Of a stretch of DNA of 19,965 nt, positions 1 to 9,060 are shown one piece after another (position 1 is the stretch's first letter; each line of letters starts with the position of its first letter). The stretch covers positions 1 to 19,965 of the forward strand of contig NW_021824057.1 in the NCBI RefSeq assembly GCF_006345805.1, given 5' to 3'. The position numbers and the translations under genes were made by a program. The stretch is from Octopus sinensis. Taxonomy: Eukaryota. The notes below the pieces were generated by a model. That model was not told the origin of the DNA and did no database searches. It worked only from the letters and a program-made list of their open reading frames with translations.

Positions 1-169
1 ATTGTTACGAATTGACGGATGAAACCCTTGATAAATTCCTCAACTGAAGACATCCCCATTTGTATTAAATAATAAAGTGTACAGTTCTATATTTAAGAGA
101 TGAGGAATTATGTACGTTATTTACATTATTTACATTTGACGTATACTTGCCGTCATCTTATTAGTTGTT

Positions 170-215
170 AACACAGCGTTTCTGCTGATATACTCTCCAG
201 CCTTCATCAGGTGTC
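170..215 (-). ncRNA. Minimal type I hammerhead ribozyme motif (probably inactivated copy)
   Basis: Sense strand: GACAC-CTGATGA-a-GGCTG(gagagtatat)CAGCA-GAAA-CGCT-GTGTT. Stem I is GACAC/GTGTT. CGCT replaces the expected CGTT. Confidence 0.7.
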
Positions 216-268
216 TTGGAGCCAAATTTCGAACCTGGGTTCTCGTTCCTAAGGTATATTTTTCGATG

Positions 269-270
<2 letters not shown>

Positions 271-339
<69 letters not shown>
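271..339. repeat. (ATT)n microsatellite, internal to the pLTR
   Basis: Perfect ATT array. It sits at the same relative position in the copy at 10450-10550. Confidence 0.95.
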
Positions 340-341
<2 letters not shown>

Positions 342-415
342 TGTCACCGCTTGGAATCGAGCTCGGAATCTTGGGGTTAGTAGCCCATAATCGCCCACTA
401 CGCCATCCGTGGCCA
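342..415 (-). promoter_or_regulatory. tRNA-like segment with Pol III A/B boxes inside the Penelope terminal repeat
   Basis: Sense strand: TGGCGTAGTGG (A box), GGGCTACTAACCCC (anticodon-like arm), AAGATTCCGAGCTCGATTCC (B-box-like). Homologous to 10561-10616 joined to 10871-10892. Confidence 0.65.
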
Positions 416-439
416 ATTATGGAGTGAATTTTAGGGCTT

Positions 440-1020
440 AATAAATCTAATATTTTCCTATCCTTCCTTAATACCGGTTCCCATATGCTATTCATATCTG
501 CACTCGGTCTGCTTAGGAGGTTGTTGTGCCCTAGCATATGTGCGGCTTGTTTTAGTTTTCGTATTTCTAGTGGTGTTCGCTCTCTATTATTTTAACTTCA
601 TCCCACAGAGGAAGGAGATCTCCATTTTTCCATACATGATCAGCTAGACCCGATTTATCAATATCTCCTCGTGTCACAGCTTTGCAATGTTCCTCTACCC
701 TTATTTTTAGGGGGTGGCATGTTTCGCCTTTGTATAACCTACCACAGCTGCATGGGATGGAGTACACGCAGTCTTTGGTCCTATTCTCTTCTATTGGTGG
801 TTTTACTCGAAGGCGATATTTACGAAGTGTTGTATTACTTTATTACTTTTGAATACTGTCCTGAGGATAAATGGGCCGCATATATTTTGTATCTTTTCGG
901 AGAGGCCTTTCACATAGGATAGACAGACTGTGGACAGTTCATCGGTTTCATCCTCTCTTTTCTTCATAATTGGAGTGGAGTGTATGCTTTGCGGGTAGTT
1001 GTAGCTTAATAGATTGTTAC
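440..1020 (-). pseudogene. Disrupted Penelope ORF C-terminus (GIY-YIG endonuclease)
   Basis: ORF-track pieces 803-1020, 567-767 and ~440-537 are broken by stops and frameshifts. The (V)YSIPCxCG..YKGET..L..R..EH motif is present. The 3' boundary is approximate. Confidence 0.8.
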
Positions 1021-1029
1021 AGGTAGTGA

Positions 1030-1034
<5 letters not shown>

Positions 1035-1083
<49 letters not shown>

Positions 1084-1087
1084 GTAA

Positions 1088-1125
<38 letters not shown>

Positions 1126-1130
1126 ATGAT
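1035..1130. repeat. (AAT)n(AGT)n compound microsatellite
   Basis: Seen directly. Confidence 0.95.
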
Positions 1131-1330
1131 GATGTAATCTCAAGTTTTAAAACAAACACAATTTTCTTATGGTTTCTTAAACATTCTCTAGAACAACACT
1201 TATGTACAAAAACCAAATATATGGCACCCTAGGCATAACACCAACATGAAATTCTAACTTGTCTCTTGAGGTCTCTGGGTGAGACTTGGAGCCAGCTTGT
1301 ACAAATGTAAAGCAAAAGTCAAACATAAAA
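1131..1330 (+). mobile_element. 3' UTR fragment of a non-LTR retrotransposon inserted in (TAA)n, possibly R4/Dong-like
   Basis: Unique segment between AAT arrays, ending 'GAGGTCTCTGGGTGAGACTTGGA...CATAAAATAATAAT'. The family call rests on recalled similarity and the known TAA preference of Dong elements. Confidence 0.4.
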
Positions 1331-1362
1331 TAATAATATAATAATAATAATAAATAATAATA

Positions 1363-1393
<31 letters not shown>

Positions 1394-1447
1394 TATAATA
1401 ATAATAATAATAAATAATAATAATATCATAAATAATAATAATATAAT

Positions 1448-1485
<38 letters not shown>

Positions 1486-1528
1486 TAATAATAATAATAA
1501 TAATTAATAATAATAAATAATAATAATA

Positions 1529-1561
<33 letters not shown>
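1329..1561. repeat. Imperfect (AAT)n microsatellite
   Basis: Seen directly. Confidence 0.95.
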
Positions 1562-1563
<2 letters not shown>

Positions 1564-2082
1564 CAGTACCAGGCAGTGGCTCTCATGGCTTCTGATCTTA
1601 ACTGATTGGAAGTGTCATCATGTACATTGTTTTGTCTTGTATAAAAGATGGTCCACAGCAAATATTCTGCTCAATACCACAGATTTGCTTGTCAGTTGTT
1701 TGACCTTAACCAGTTGAGCATGTCCCTTAGTGGCTGACGATATGTGCATCTCTGATCACGAGCAGAAGTATGGGGGAGCATCATAGCCATGTGTTGAGAG
1801 AGGATTCTTTGGGTTTGAATAAGTCACCTCTGGAAACATGGGTGGTTTTTTCAACATCCTTAAACAATCCTTATTCAGGGACCGTTTGAGCGGGATGGGC
1901 TACTCAACCTGAAGAAAATTCTAGCTGGGCCCCACCTGCAAGGTGATGTGCTGTTTATCTTGATATGAGATCACCATGTCGCGCACATATGGTTGTGATG
2001 ACGGGTAGTCATGATGGGTATATTGGGCTTCGTATATTTTACCCCAGTGTCACTTTGATGGGATGAACTGCTCTCTCACTCA
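1562..2082 (+). mobile_element. Interspersed retroposon-like repeat ending in (AAT)n; central part possibly a Nin/Deu-like SINE domain
   Basis: 1655-1823 has an inverted homolog at 3826-4070, so it is repetitive. It ends 'CTCTCTCACTCAATAATAAT'. The domain name is from recall only. Confidence 0.55.
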
Positions 2083-2180
2083 ATAATAATAATATCGAAA
2101 AATACCTTAGGAATGAGACTTTCCTGATTATTCTGGTCGTGCCAAGGAGACAAACTTTTTGTAACAGTTCTGCTGGACAC

Positions 2181-2229
<49 letters not shown>

Positions 2230-2254
2230 GTTACTATGAAAGCGATGAGCTTAT

Positions 2255-2460
2255 AGAATTGTAAGTGCACCCTACAGATTGTTTTGCAGCATTTCTATTG
2301 GCTCTTTACATTGAAATTTCGAATCCCACCGAGGTCAGCTTTACCTTTAATCCCTCCGAGGTCGATGAAATAAAGTATCAGTCACGTGCTTCGGTGTTCG
2401 CAATCGAATTGCCCCCCCCGCTCAAAAATTGCTATCCCAGGTCCAAAAATCAAAAAGAAT
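2255..2460 (+). mobile_element. Degenerate SINE family A copy
   Basis: 'CGAATCCCACCGAGGTCAGCTTTACCTTTAATCCCTCCGAGGTCGATGAAATAAAGTATCAG' matches the family A central domain. Confidence 0.65.
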
Positions 2461-2499
2461 TATCACTATTATTGGTGGGGGTGGTGTAGTGGCAGTGGT

Positions 2500-2551
2500 A
2501 GTGTTACTACTATTACTACTATTACCACTAATATTAATAATAATAATAATA

Positions 2552-2606
<55 letters not shown>

Positions 2607-2655
2607 AATAATGATAATGATAATAATAATGATAATAATAACGATAATACTACTC

Positions 2656-2688
<33 letters not shown>

Positions 2689-2716
2689 GTAGTAGTAGTA
2701 GTAGTAGTAGTAGTTG
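2500..2716. repeat. Compound (ACT)/(AAT)/(ATG)/(AGT) microsatellite
   Basis: Seen directly. Confidence 0.95.
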
Positions 2717-2917
2717 TAAAGAGCTGATGAAGTGTGCGATGAATGGTAAGGAGGGGAATGAGAGGAAAAGGAGGAGATGAAGACGATGATGGAGAGCAAA
2801 GATGAGGTACAGAGAAAAGAATGCAGAGGAATTCACACTTCAGAAGAAATTCTTTGGAATGGGGGAGGCATACCCAAAATTTTTCACATAATACAATAAT
2901 GAATAAATGCTTAAAGA

Positions 2918-2973
2918 CATATACATATATATATATATATGTATATGTATATATATACATATATATATATTAT

Positions 2974-3031
<58 letters not shown>

Positions 3032-3037
3032 TATAAC

Positions 3038-3072
<35 letters not shown>

Positions 3073-3435
3073 TATATAATATGTGTGTGTTGGGGGGTGT
3101 TTGCACACACACACACGAACACTCATGTGTGTGTGGGGGTGTATGAATGCACCTACATACATTCCTACACACGCGCGCACGGGGATATATACATATATAT
3201 GTCTGTATATTTATGTATATGTGTAGATATATATACATAGGTATGTGTGTGAGGATGTATGTTCGTATGTATACATGCATGCATTATGTACATACATGTC
3301 ATTGCATGTATGTACGCATGTATGTATGTATGTATGTATGTATGTATGTATGTATGTATGTATGTATGTATGTATGAATGAATGAATGAATGATATGTAT
3401 GTATGTGTCTATGTGTATGTGTGTGTGCATATGTA
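2918..3435. repeat. (AT)n, (GT)n, (ATGT)n and (ATGA)n microsatellite block
   Basis: Seen directly. Confidence 0.9.
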
Positions 3436-3865
3436 TACGTGTGAGTGCGAGTGCGTTGAATGTAACAGATTCCCTTCGATATAATCTCAGGCTTAATCTT
3501 ACGAAGTGCTCAAGAAACGATTAACACTAATTTCGTGTATTTAGAGTTGCAATATTAATGATAAATATGGAAGAGAGGTGATTATCTCAGGAAAAATAAC
3601 CCTTCTCAAACAGACGCATATAAAAATAGTTATATAGCGCAGGGACAGCTCCTGTGTCGGTAAACCGAACCTATGCCCTGCAAATTCAGCTAACTTCAAC
3701 AAACGAATTAATAACACTGTGTAACACGATTTTTGTCCTTGGGTAGCAACTGTTATTTCTTATTTGCTTATCCCTAGAAAGTATGAAAAATGGCTAATAT
3801 TTCCTTCAAATTTTGCTTTTGTTACATTTATTCAAACCCCAAAGAACCCCCCTCCACACGGTTAT

Positions 3866-3930
3866 AAATATCCGTCAAATGTAAATAATGTAAATAATGT
3901 ACATAATTCTTCATCTCCTAAATATAGAAC
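3866..3930 (+). mobile_element. Short 3' tail fragment of the Penelope pLTR
   Basis: 'AAATATCCGTCAAATGTAAATAATGTAAATAATGTACATAATTCTTCATCTCCTAAATATAGAAC' matches the reverse complement of ~84-148. Confidence 0.8.
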
Positions 3931-4087
3931 ATGGGGCTATAATGCTTCCCCTCTACTCGTGCTCATGATCAAAGATGCACATATTGTCAGCCACTAAGTG
4001 ACAGCTCAAGTGATTAAGATGAAGCAAATGACAAGCAGATCTGTGGTATGGAGCGGGATATTTGTTATAACGGGATGTTTGTTATAA

Positions 4088-4321
4088 GGCGGCGAGCTGG
4101 CAGAAACGTTAGCACGCCGAGCGAAATGCGTAGCCGTATTTCGTCTGCCCTTTACGTTCTGAGTTCAAATTCTGCCGAGGTCGACTTTGCCTTTCATTTT
4201 TTCGGGGTCGATAAATTAAGTACCAGTTACGTACTGGGATCGATAGAATCTACTTAATCCGTTCATCTGTCCTTGTTTGTCCCCTCTATATTTAGCTCCT
4301 TGTGGGCAATAAAGAAATATA
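4088..4321 (+). mobile_element. Full-length tRNA-derived SINE family A
   Basis: Head GGCGGCGAGCTGGCAGAAACGTTAGC, B box GAGTTCAAATTC and tail ...CTTGTGGGCAATAAAGAAATA. Flanked by TTTGTTATAA (4078-4087 and 4322-4331). Confidence 0.9.
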
Positions 4322-4734
4322 TTTGTTATAACGATATTTCTGCGTCAGTAACTCGGCGCTGAATCTGTCTGAAATGTAATGGAAAATAGATCAGTTTCAA
4401 AACATTAATTTCCAGGTCACAAAAGCAAAGTTTGGAAGGACTAATAGTCATTTCCTTTGATTTCTAGATAGAAGCGAATAGGAAATAACACAGGCAAAAA
4501 ACAATGTTACACCGTGTAATAAGTCCCTGGTACCACCTCACAAGCACACAGCGGCTTTTCATTTTGCTTAGTTACAAATTCGGACGAACAGTGATACAAA
4601 TTGCGTGAAATGAAAAACTATCGCTTTGGACTTACTAAATCGATTTGTCGAGGTAAAAAAATAAACCTAATGATAACTTCAGCTCAACTGTTTGGTAAAA
4701 TAATAAAAGAATCCACCACCGAGGTAATTAATAC

Positions 4735-5165
4735 GGTTTCAAACTTGGGCGCAGAGTCAACAATTTTAGTAGCGGAGAGAGGCGGAGAATAGTTTGTACG
4801 CCGAACTAAATGCTTCCCAGCATTTCGTCCGTGTTTACGTTCTGAATTCAAATACCGCTATGGTCGATTTTGCCTATCAGCCTTCCGCGGTCGATAAAAT
4901 AAGTACCAGATAAGCACCGAGATCAATGTAATCGACTTAGCGCCCCACCCCTCCGAACTTGCTGGCCTTGTGCCTAAGTCTGAAATCAATTTTAGCGGTG
5001 GAGACAAATTGATTACTTCGACCTCAGTATTTGGTTGATATTTTATTTTATCGACCCCGAAAGATTGAAAGGTAAAGTTGACCCCTGCAGAATTTGAACC
5101 CACCACGTAAAGACTCAGAAGAAATGCCGCAAAGCATTTTGTTTGACGAGATAACGTTTCGTATT
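4735..5165 (-). mobile_element. Old SINE family A copy, interrupted by the copy at 4770-4986
   Basis: 'TTTTATCGACCCCGAAAGATTGAAAGGTAAAGTTGACC..GAATTTGAAC' is the reverse family A core. A tail-like piece lies at 4735-4769. Confidence 0.65.
4770..4986 (+). mobile_element. Degenerate SINE family A copy (GGCCTTGTGCC-tail variant)
   Basis: Core 'TACGTTCTGAATTCAAAT..GGTCGATAAAATAAGTACCAG'. Flanked by CAATTTTAG at 4761-4769 and 4987-4995. Confidence 0.7.
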
Positions 5166-5168
5166 TCT

Positions 5169-5790
5169 TATTTCTTTACTGCCCACAAGGGGACACAGAG
5201 GGGACAAACACAGAGGGGACAAACACAGAGGGGACAAACAAGGACAGACAAACGGATTAAGTCGATTATATCGACTCCAGTGCGTAACTGGTACGTATTT
5301 AATCGACCACGAAAGGATAAAATGCAAAGTTGACCTCGGCGGAATTAGAACTCAGAAGGTAAAGACAGACGAAATACCTATTTCTTTACTACCCACAAGG
5401 GGTTAAACACAGAGAGGACAAACAATGACAGACAAACGGATTAAGTCGATTATATCGACCCCAGTGCGTAACTGGTACTTATTTAATCGACCCCAAAAGG
5501 ATGAAAGGCAAAGACGACCTCGGCGGAATTTGAACTCAGAACGTAATGGCAGACGAAATACCTATTTCTTTATTACCCACAAGGGGCTAAACATAGAAGG
5601 GACAAACAAGGACAGACATAGGTATTAAGTCGATTACATCGACCCCAGTGCGTAACTGGTACTTAATTTATCGACCCCGAAAGGATGAAAGGTAAAGTCG
5701 ACCTCGGCGGAATTTGAACTCAGAACGTAATGGCAGACGAAATACCGCTAAGCATTTCGCCCGGCGTGCTAACGATTCTGCCTGCCCGCC
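5169..5790 (-). mobile_element. Head-to-tail trimer of SINE family A (one full unit plus two identically 5'-truncated units)
   Basis: Units are 5563-5790, 5379-5562 and 5169-5378. Both junctions read GACGAAATACC|TATTTCTTTA on the + strand. Confidence 0.9.
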
Positions 5791-6220
5791 AACTTGCCGA
5801 AGCATTTAATACAGTAACCTATGTGTTGCAGAAACTCAATGTATTGGCTTCGAAGTATGATTATCTTACAACTGACTAAAACATTCGTTTCTCAACCCAT
5901 TTTTCTATAAGTACGTCTTTGCATGGCTTTTGCTCTTAGACTATTTACAAAAATCATTACTTTCAATACTGTGCATTTTCTCAAGTACAGAAACTGATAT
6001 TTGTATCAAGATCTGTCTTGATGTAACATCTTCATAATATACATTTCTCAATAAATAACCCTTAGAAGGATGTTTTGTTTGTGTATAAAATTCTGTGGTT
6101 TACTGTCATAGAGCATACATTTGAAAATTCCAGGGAGTCGGAGTTCAAGGTTACGACAACTTACACATGAAAAGACGCAGGCAGTCACTGAGTTATAAAT
6201 ATGTATGTGTGTACGTGTTC

Positions 6221-6253
<33 letters not shown>

Positions 6254-6255
6254 TA

Positions 6256-6690
6256 CAGCGGGTGAACAATATAATGGAAACACCTTAAAATTTCAAACAA
6301 ATTTATTTTAACATGGGGTAGCACCACCTTTGGCAATAATTACCCCTTGAATTCTACGAGGTATGGACTCGTACAACGTTTGAATTATTTCCAAAGGAAT
6401 TTTTGTCCATTCTTCAGCTAAATCTGTCCCCATTTCTTGTAGTGGTGATGGTAGAGAATATTGACTCCTTACTTGTTTTTCTAAAATGCACCACAAATGT
6501 TCAATAATTTTGACATCTGGGGACTGTGGTGGCCAGATAAATGTTCATCTTCACTAAAATGTTTCTCGTGCCATTCAGTAACAAATTTAGCTGTGTGAAT
6601 TGGTGCATTATCATCCTGAAAGATTGCGTTTCCCTCCGGAAACAGTTCCGTAAACATAGGATGAATTTGATCAGATAAAATGCTTAAAAT
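6256..6690 (-). mobile_element. Tc1-like DNA transposon 3' remnant (frameshifted DD34E-type transposase + TIR)
   Basis: 'IFQDDNAPIHTAK..', then a frameshift to 'WPPQSPDVKIIEHLWCILEKQV...EEWTKIP...SIPRRIQGVIIAKGGAT'. The terminus reads TA|CAGCGGGTGAACAATATAATGGAAACACC. Confidence 0.9.
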
Positions 6691-6694
6691 CATA

Positions 6695-6850
6695 GGCTCA
6701 GGAGTGGCTGTGTGGTAAGTAGCTTGCATACCAACCACATGGTTCCGGATTCAGTCCCACTGCGTAGTACCTTCTACTATAGCCTCGGACCGACCAAAGC
6801 CTTGTAAGTGGATTTGATAGAAAAGAAGCTGAAAAGAAGCCCGTCGTATA
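6695..6850 (+). mobile_element. SINE family B (tRNA head + CORE-like domain), 5' half
   Basis: A box TGGCTGTGTGG and B-box-like GGATTCAGTCCC. Matches 11928-12085 and, in reverse, 13940-14100. Confidence 0.85.
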
Positions 6851-6854
6851 TATG

Positions 6855-6913
<59 letters not shown>

Positions 6914-7010
6914 ATATATGTGTGGGTGTGTGTGTGTGTGTGTGTATGTGTGTGTGTGTGTGTTGTGTGTGTGTGTGATCGTGTTTGTGTGTCTCTCTCT
7001 CTCTCTTCTC
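6846..7010. repeat. (TA)n(TG)n(TC)n microsatellite
   Basis: Seen directly. It is the internal microsatellite of SINE family B. Confidence 0.9.
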
Positions 7011-7014
7011 TCTT

Positions 7015-7137
7015 CCTGTTTCTTGAGTAACGCTGCGATGGACTGGCGTCCCGTCCAGCTGGGGGGAACACATACGCCACAGAAACCGGGAAACCGATCC
7101 CTTGAGCCTGCCTAGGCTTGAGAAGGGCGACGTTTAT
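7015..7137 (+). mobile_element. Probable SINE 3' fragment of another family
   Basis: 'CTGCGATGGACTGGCGTCCCGTCCAG...ACAGAAACCGGG' resembles, from recall, the 3' portion of widespread metazoan tRNA SINEs. Single copy in this window. Confidence 0.4.
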
Positions 7138-7140
7138 CGT

Positions 7141-7173
<33 letters not shown>

Positions 7174-7244
7174 CAGACAGACATTGAATTGTATTGACTA
7201 AAAAGAGGAGTGCCTAATACATCCTCTAGAATACATGGTTTATT

Positions 7245-7323
7245 GACAGACAGAGAGAGAGAGAGACAAACAGACAGACAGACAATCAGACAGACAGACA
7301 GACAGACAGAGACACAGAGAGAG

Positions 7324-7373
<50 letters not shown>
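7245..7373. repeat. (GACA)n/(GA)n/(GAAA)n microsatellite
   Basis: Seen directly. Confidence 0.95.
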
Positions 7374-8394
7374 TTGAGGGTTTGAACCTTTTTATAATTA
7401 GACAACTGATGGACTGATATTAGCCCCCAGTCAGAAATACTATATATATATTTAATTTAGTTTAAATCAATCTTATTTACGCATTTAATTATTTTCATTT
7501 CATGTTCTAACCATATGTATATTCGAAATATGTATATTCAAAGCATATGCATATTCGAATTGTACCGGTTATACAATATACGTAGAGTCGACACAAGCAA
7601 CATACGTCCCTAAATATTGTTGCTGCTAACGTTAGAATTAGTGTTTTTGCTGATGCCACTGAAGCTGTTCTTGTTTAGACAATGATAAGCGTTGATCGAA
7701 AAAAATCTACAATGAAAGACACTCCAGACACTCCAACCGTGAGCATCTCACTTTTTCCCTTAGCGCCATGAACTTATTACCACATTATCCTAATTCTCCT
7801 CTCTCACCCTCTCGCTCTCTCCCTCTCTCTCTCTCCCCCTCTCTCTCTTTCTCTGTCTTTAGACAGGAAGGCATGATTTTAAGAGAGAGAGCGATTTGGG
7901 ATTTATTTCCCCCTTTTTTTCTAATAGGGACAAATAACTTAAAACATCCTTTGCTATCTCTCAAATTTATAAAACTAATCTCTAATTAAATCAGCAGTTA
8001 ATTAAGAGTGAACACATTTAAAGCAGAGCATCAAACATCTCATTCGAAATACCACCACGGTGACAGAAAGATGACAGTATTATTATCTTAATGACTAATT
8101 CTACTTTTAATCCTGATTAAAATATTAGTCACTGAGATAATGTTTTCATCACCTCATCGCTTTAGTATTTCTTATAATCTAATAAAATCTTTTGCTCTAT
8201 TCATCCCCGCTTAACTGTTGATTTTACAAGCAGATGACGTCTCTGAGTAATAACCTCAGCGTTTAGAGTTTGTTTGATTTTTAAATCAAATGTATATTTA
8301 TTTTTTATTTAGGGTGAGTCAAAAATCACCGAGGGCTCTGAAATTTTAATAAATTTTAATATCGATATTTTGGGTTTAAACCTCTCCGGAAAAT

Positions 8395-8756
8395 GTGGAG
8401 GCGCAATGGCCCAGTGGTTATGGCAGCGGACTCGCGGTCGTAGGATCGCGGTTTCGATTCCCAGACCGGGCGTTGTGAGTGTTTATTGAGCGAAAACACC
8501 TAAAGCTCCACGAGGCTCCGGCAGGGATGGTGATGATCCCTGCTGTACTCTTTCACCACAACTTTCTCTTACTTCCTGTTTCTGTTGTACCTGTATTTCA
8601 CTCTCTGTCACGCTGAATATCCCGAGAACTACGTTAAGGGTACACGTGTCTGTGGAGTGCTCAGCCACTTACACGTTAATTTCACGACCAGGCTGTTCCG
8701 TTGATCGGATCAACCGGAAGCTTCGTCGTCGGAACCGACGGAGTGCTTCCATCCAT
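8395..8756 (+). mobile_element. Full-length tRNA-derived SINE family C
   Basis: A box TGGCCCAGTGG and B box GGTTTCGATTCCC. 12-bp TSD TCTCCGGAAAAT at 8383-8394 and 8757-8768. Confidence 0.9.
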
Positions 8757-9060
8757 TCTCCGGAAAATAGAAATCGGAGTTCTGATGTGAGCTACCTTTT
8801 CTACTCTGTACTGAGTGTGGAGTGGCGGGAGCTTGGTATGCGCATGATAGCTTTGCTATAATAGCCAATCACCTGCGTGCAGCTCGGGTCTGTTATTAAT
8901 TCGGGGCTTGGTCTTGCTAATGATAATGGCTTCGTTTATTCTCAAGAACCATTCTGTGGCGTGAATGGAAACCTGAATGCCATCATTGTAACTTTTCTGC
9001 AGGTGTTTTTTTTTCTACAGAAAAAACATCAGCACACTCGTGTCTGAGAGTACTTCTAAT

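Larger units (their letters stand above)
83..1020 (-). mobile_element. 5'-truncated Penelope-like retroelement (linker + GIY-YIG endonuclease remnant + 3' pLTR)
   Basis: Minus-strand peptides 'VCLSYVKGLSEKIQNICGPF..RTVFKS' and 'YSIPCSCGRLYKGETCHPLKIRVEEH...SGLADHVW...WDEVKIIESEHH' fit the PLE linker and GIY-YIG domain. They are followed by a terminal repeat containing a hammerhead motif. Confidence 0.85.
1023..2118 (+). mobile_element. Inverted partial pLTR of the same Penelope family, split by insertions in its (AAT)n
   Basis: 'AGTGACCTGAATAATAAT' (~1025-1042) matches the end of the tRNA-like head. 'AATAATATCGAAAAATACCTTAGGAATGAGA' (~2088-2118) matches the pLTR segment that follows the AAT array. 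Confidence 0.65.
3715..4516. mobile_element. Non-autonomous DNA transposon (MITE) with ~100-bp TIRs, CAC...GTG ends and TAA TSD; Chapaev3/CMC-like
   Basis: 3715-3825 (CACTGTGTAACA...CTAGAAA...TTTGCTTTTGTTAC) matches the reverse complement of 4416-4516 (CACGGTGTAACA...CTAGAAA...TTTGCTTTTGTGAC). TAA flanks both ends (3712-3714 and 4517-4519). Confidence 0.75.

Noticed and set aside
130-3377. Long ORFs with poly-N/I/L/Y/T/S or YI/CV runs
   Set aside because: They are translations of AAT, AGT, AT and GT microsatellites. Only the Penelope-derived portions have real coding ancestry.
3715-3721. CACTGTG/CACGGTG termini resembling RSS heptamers (Transib/RAG-like transposon)
   Set aside because: The flanks give a 3-bp TAA TSD rather than 5 bp, and no convincing nonamer is present. 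A Chapaev3-like MITE fits better.
7512-7560. Three copies of ATATG(T/C)ATATTC(G/A)AA
   Set aside because: Short local tandem duplication in AT-rich DNA with no further structure.
8397-8475. tRNA gene candidates (also the heads at 342-415, 4088, 6695, 9375-9450 and 10561-10892)
   Set aside because: The acceptor stems are imperfect and the sequences continue into repeat bodies, several with TSDs. These are SINE heads, not functional tRNAs.
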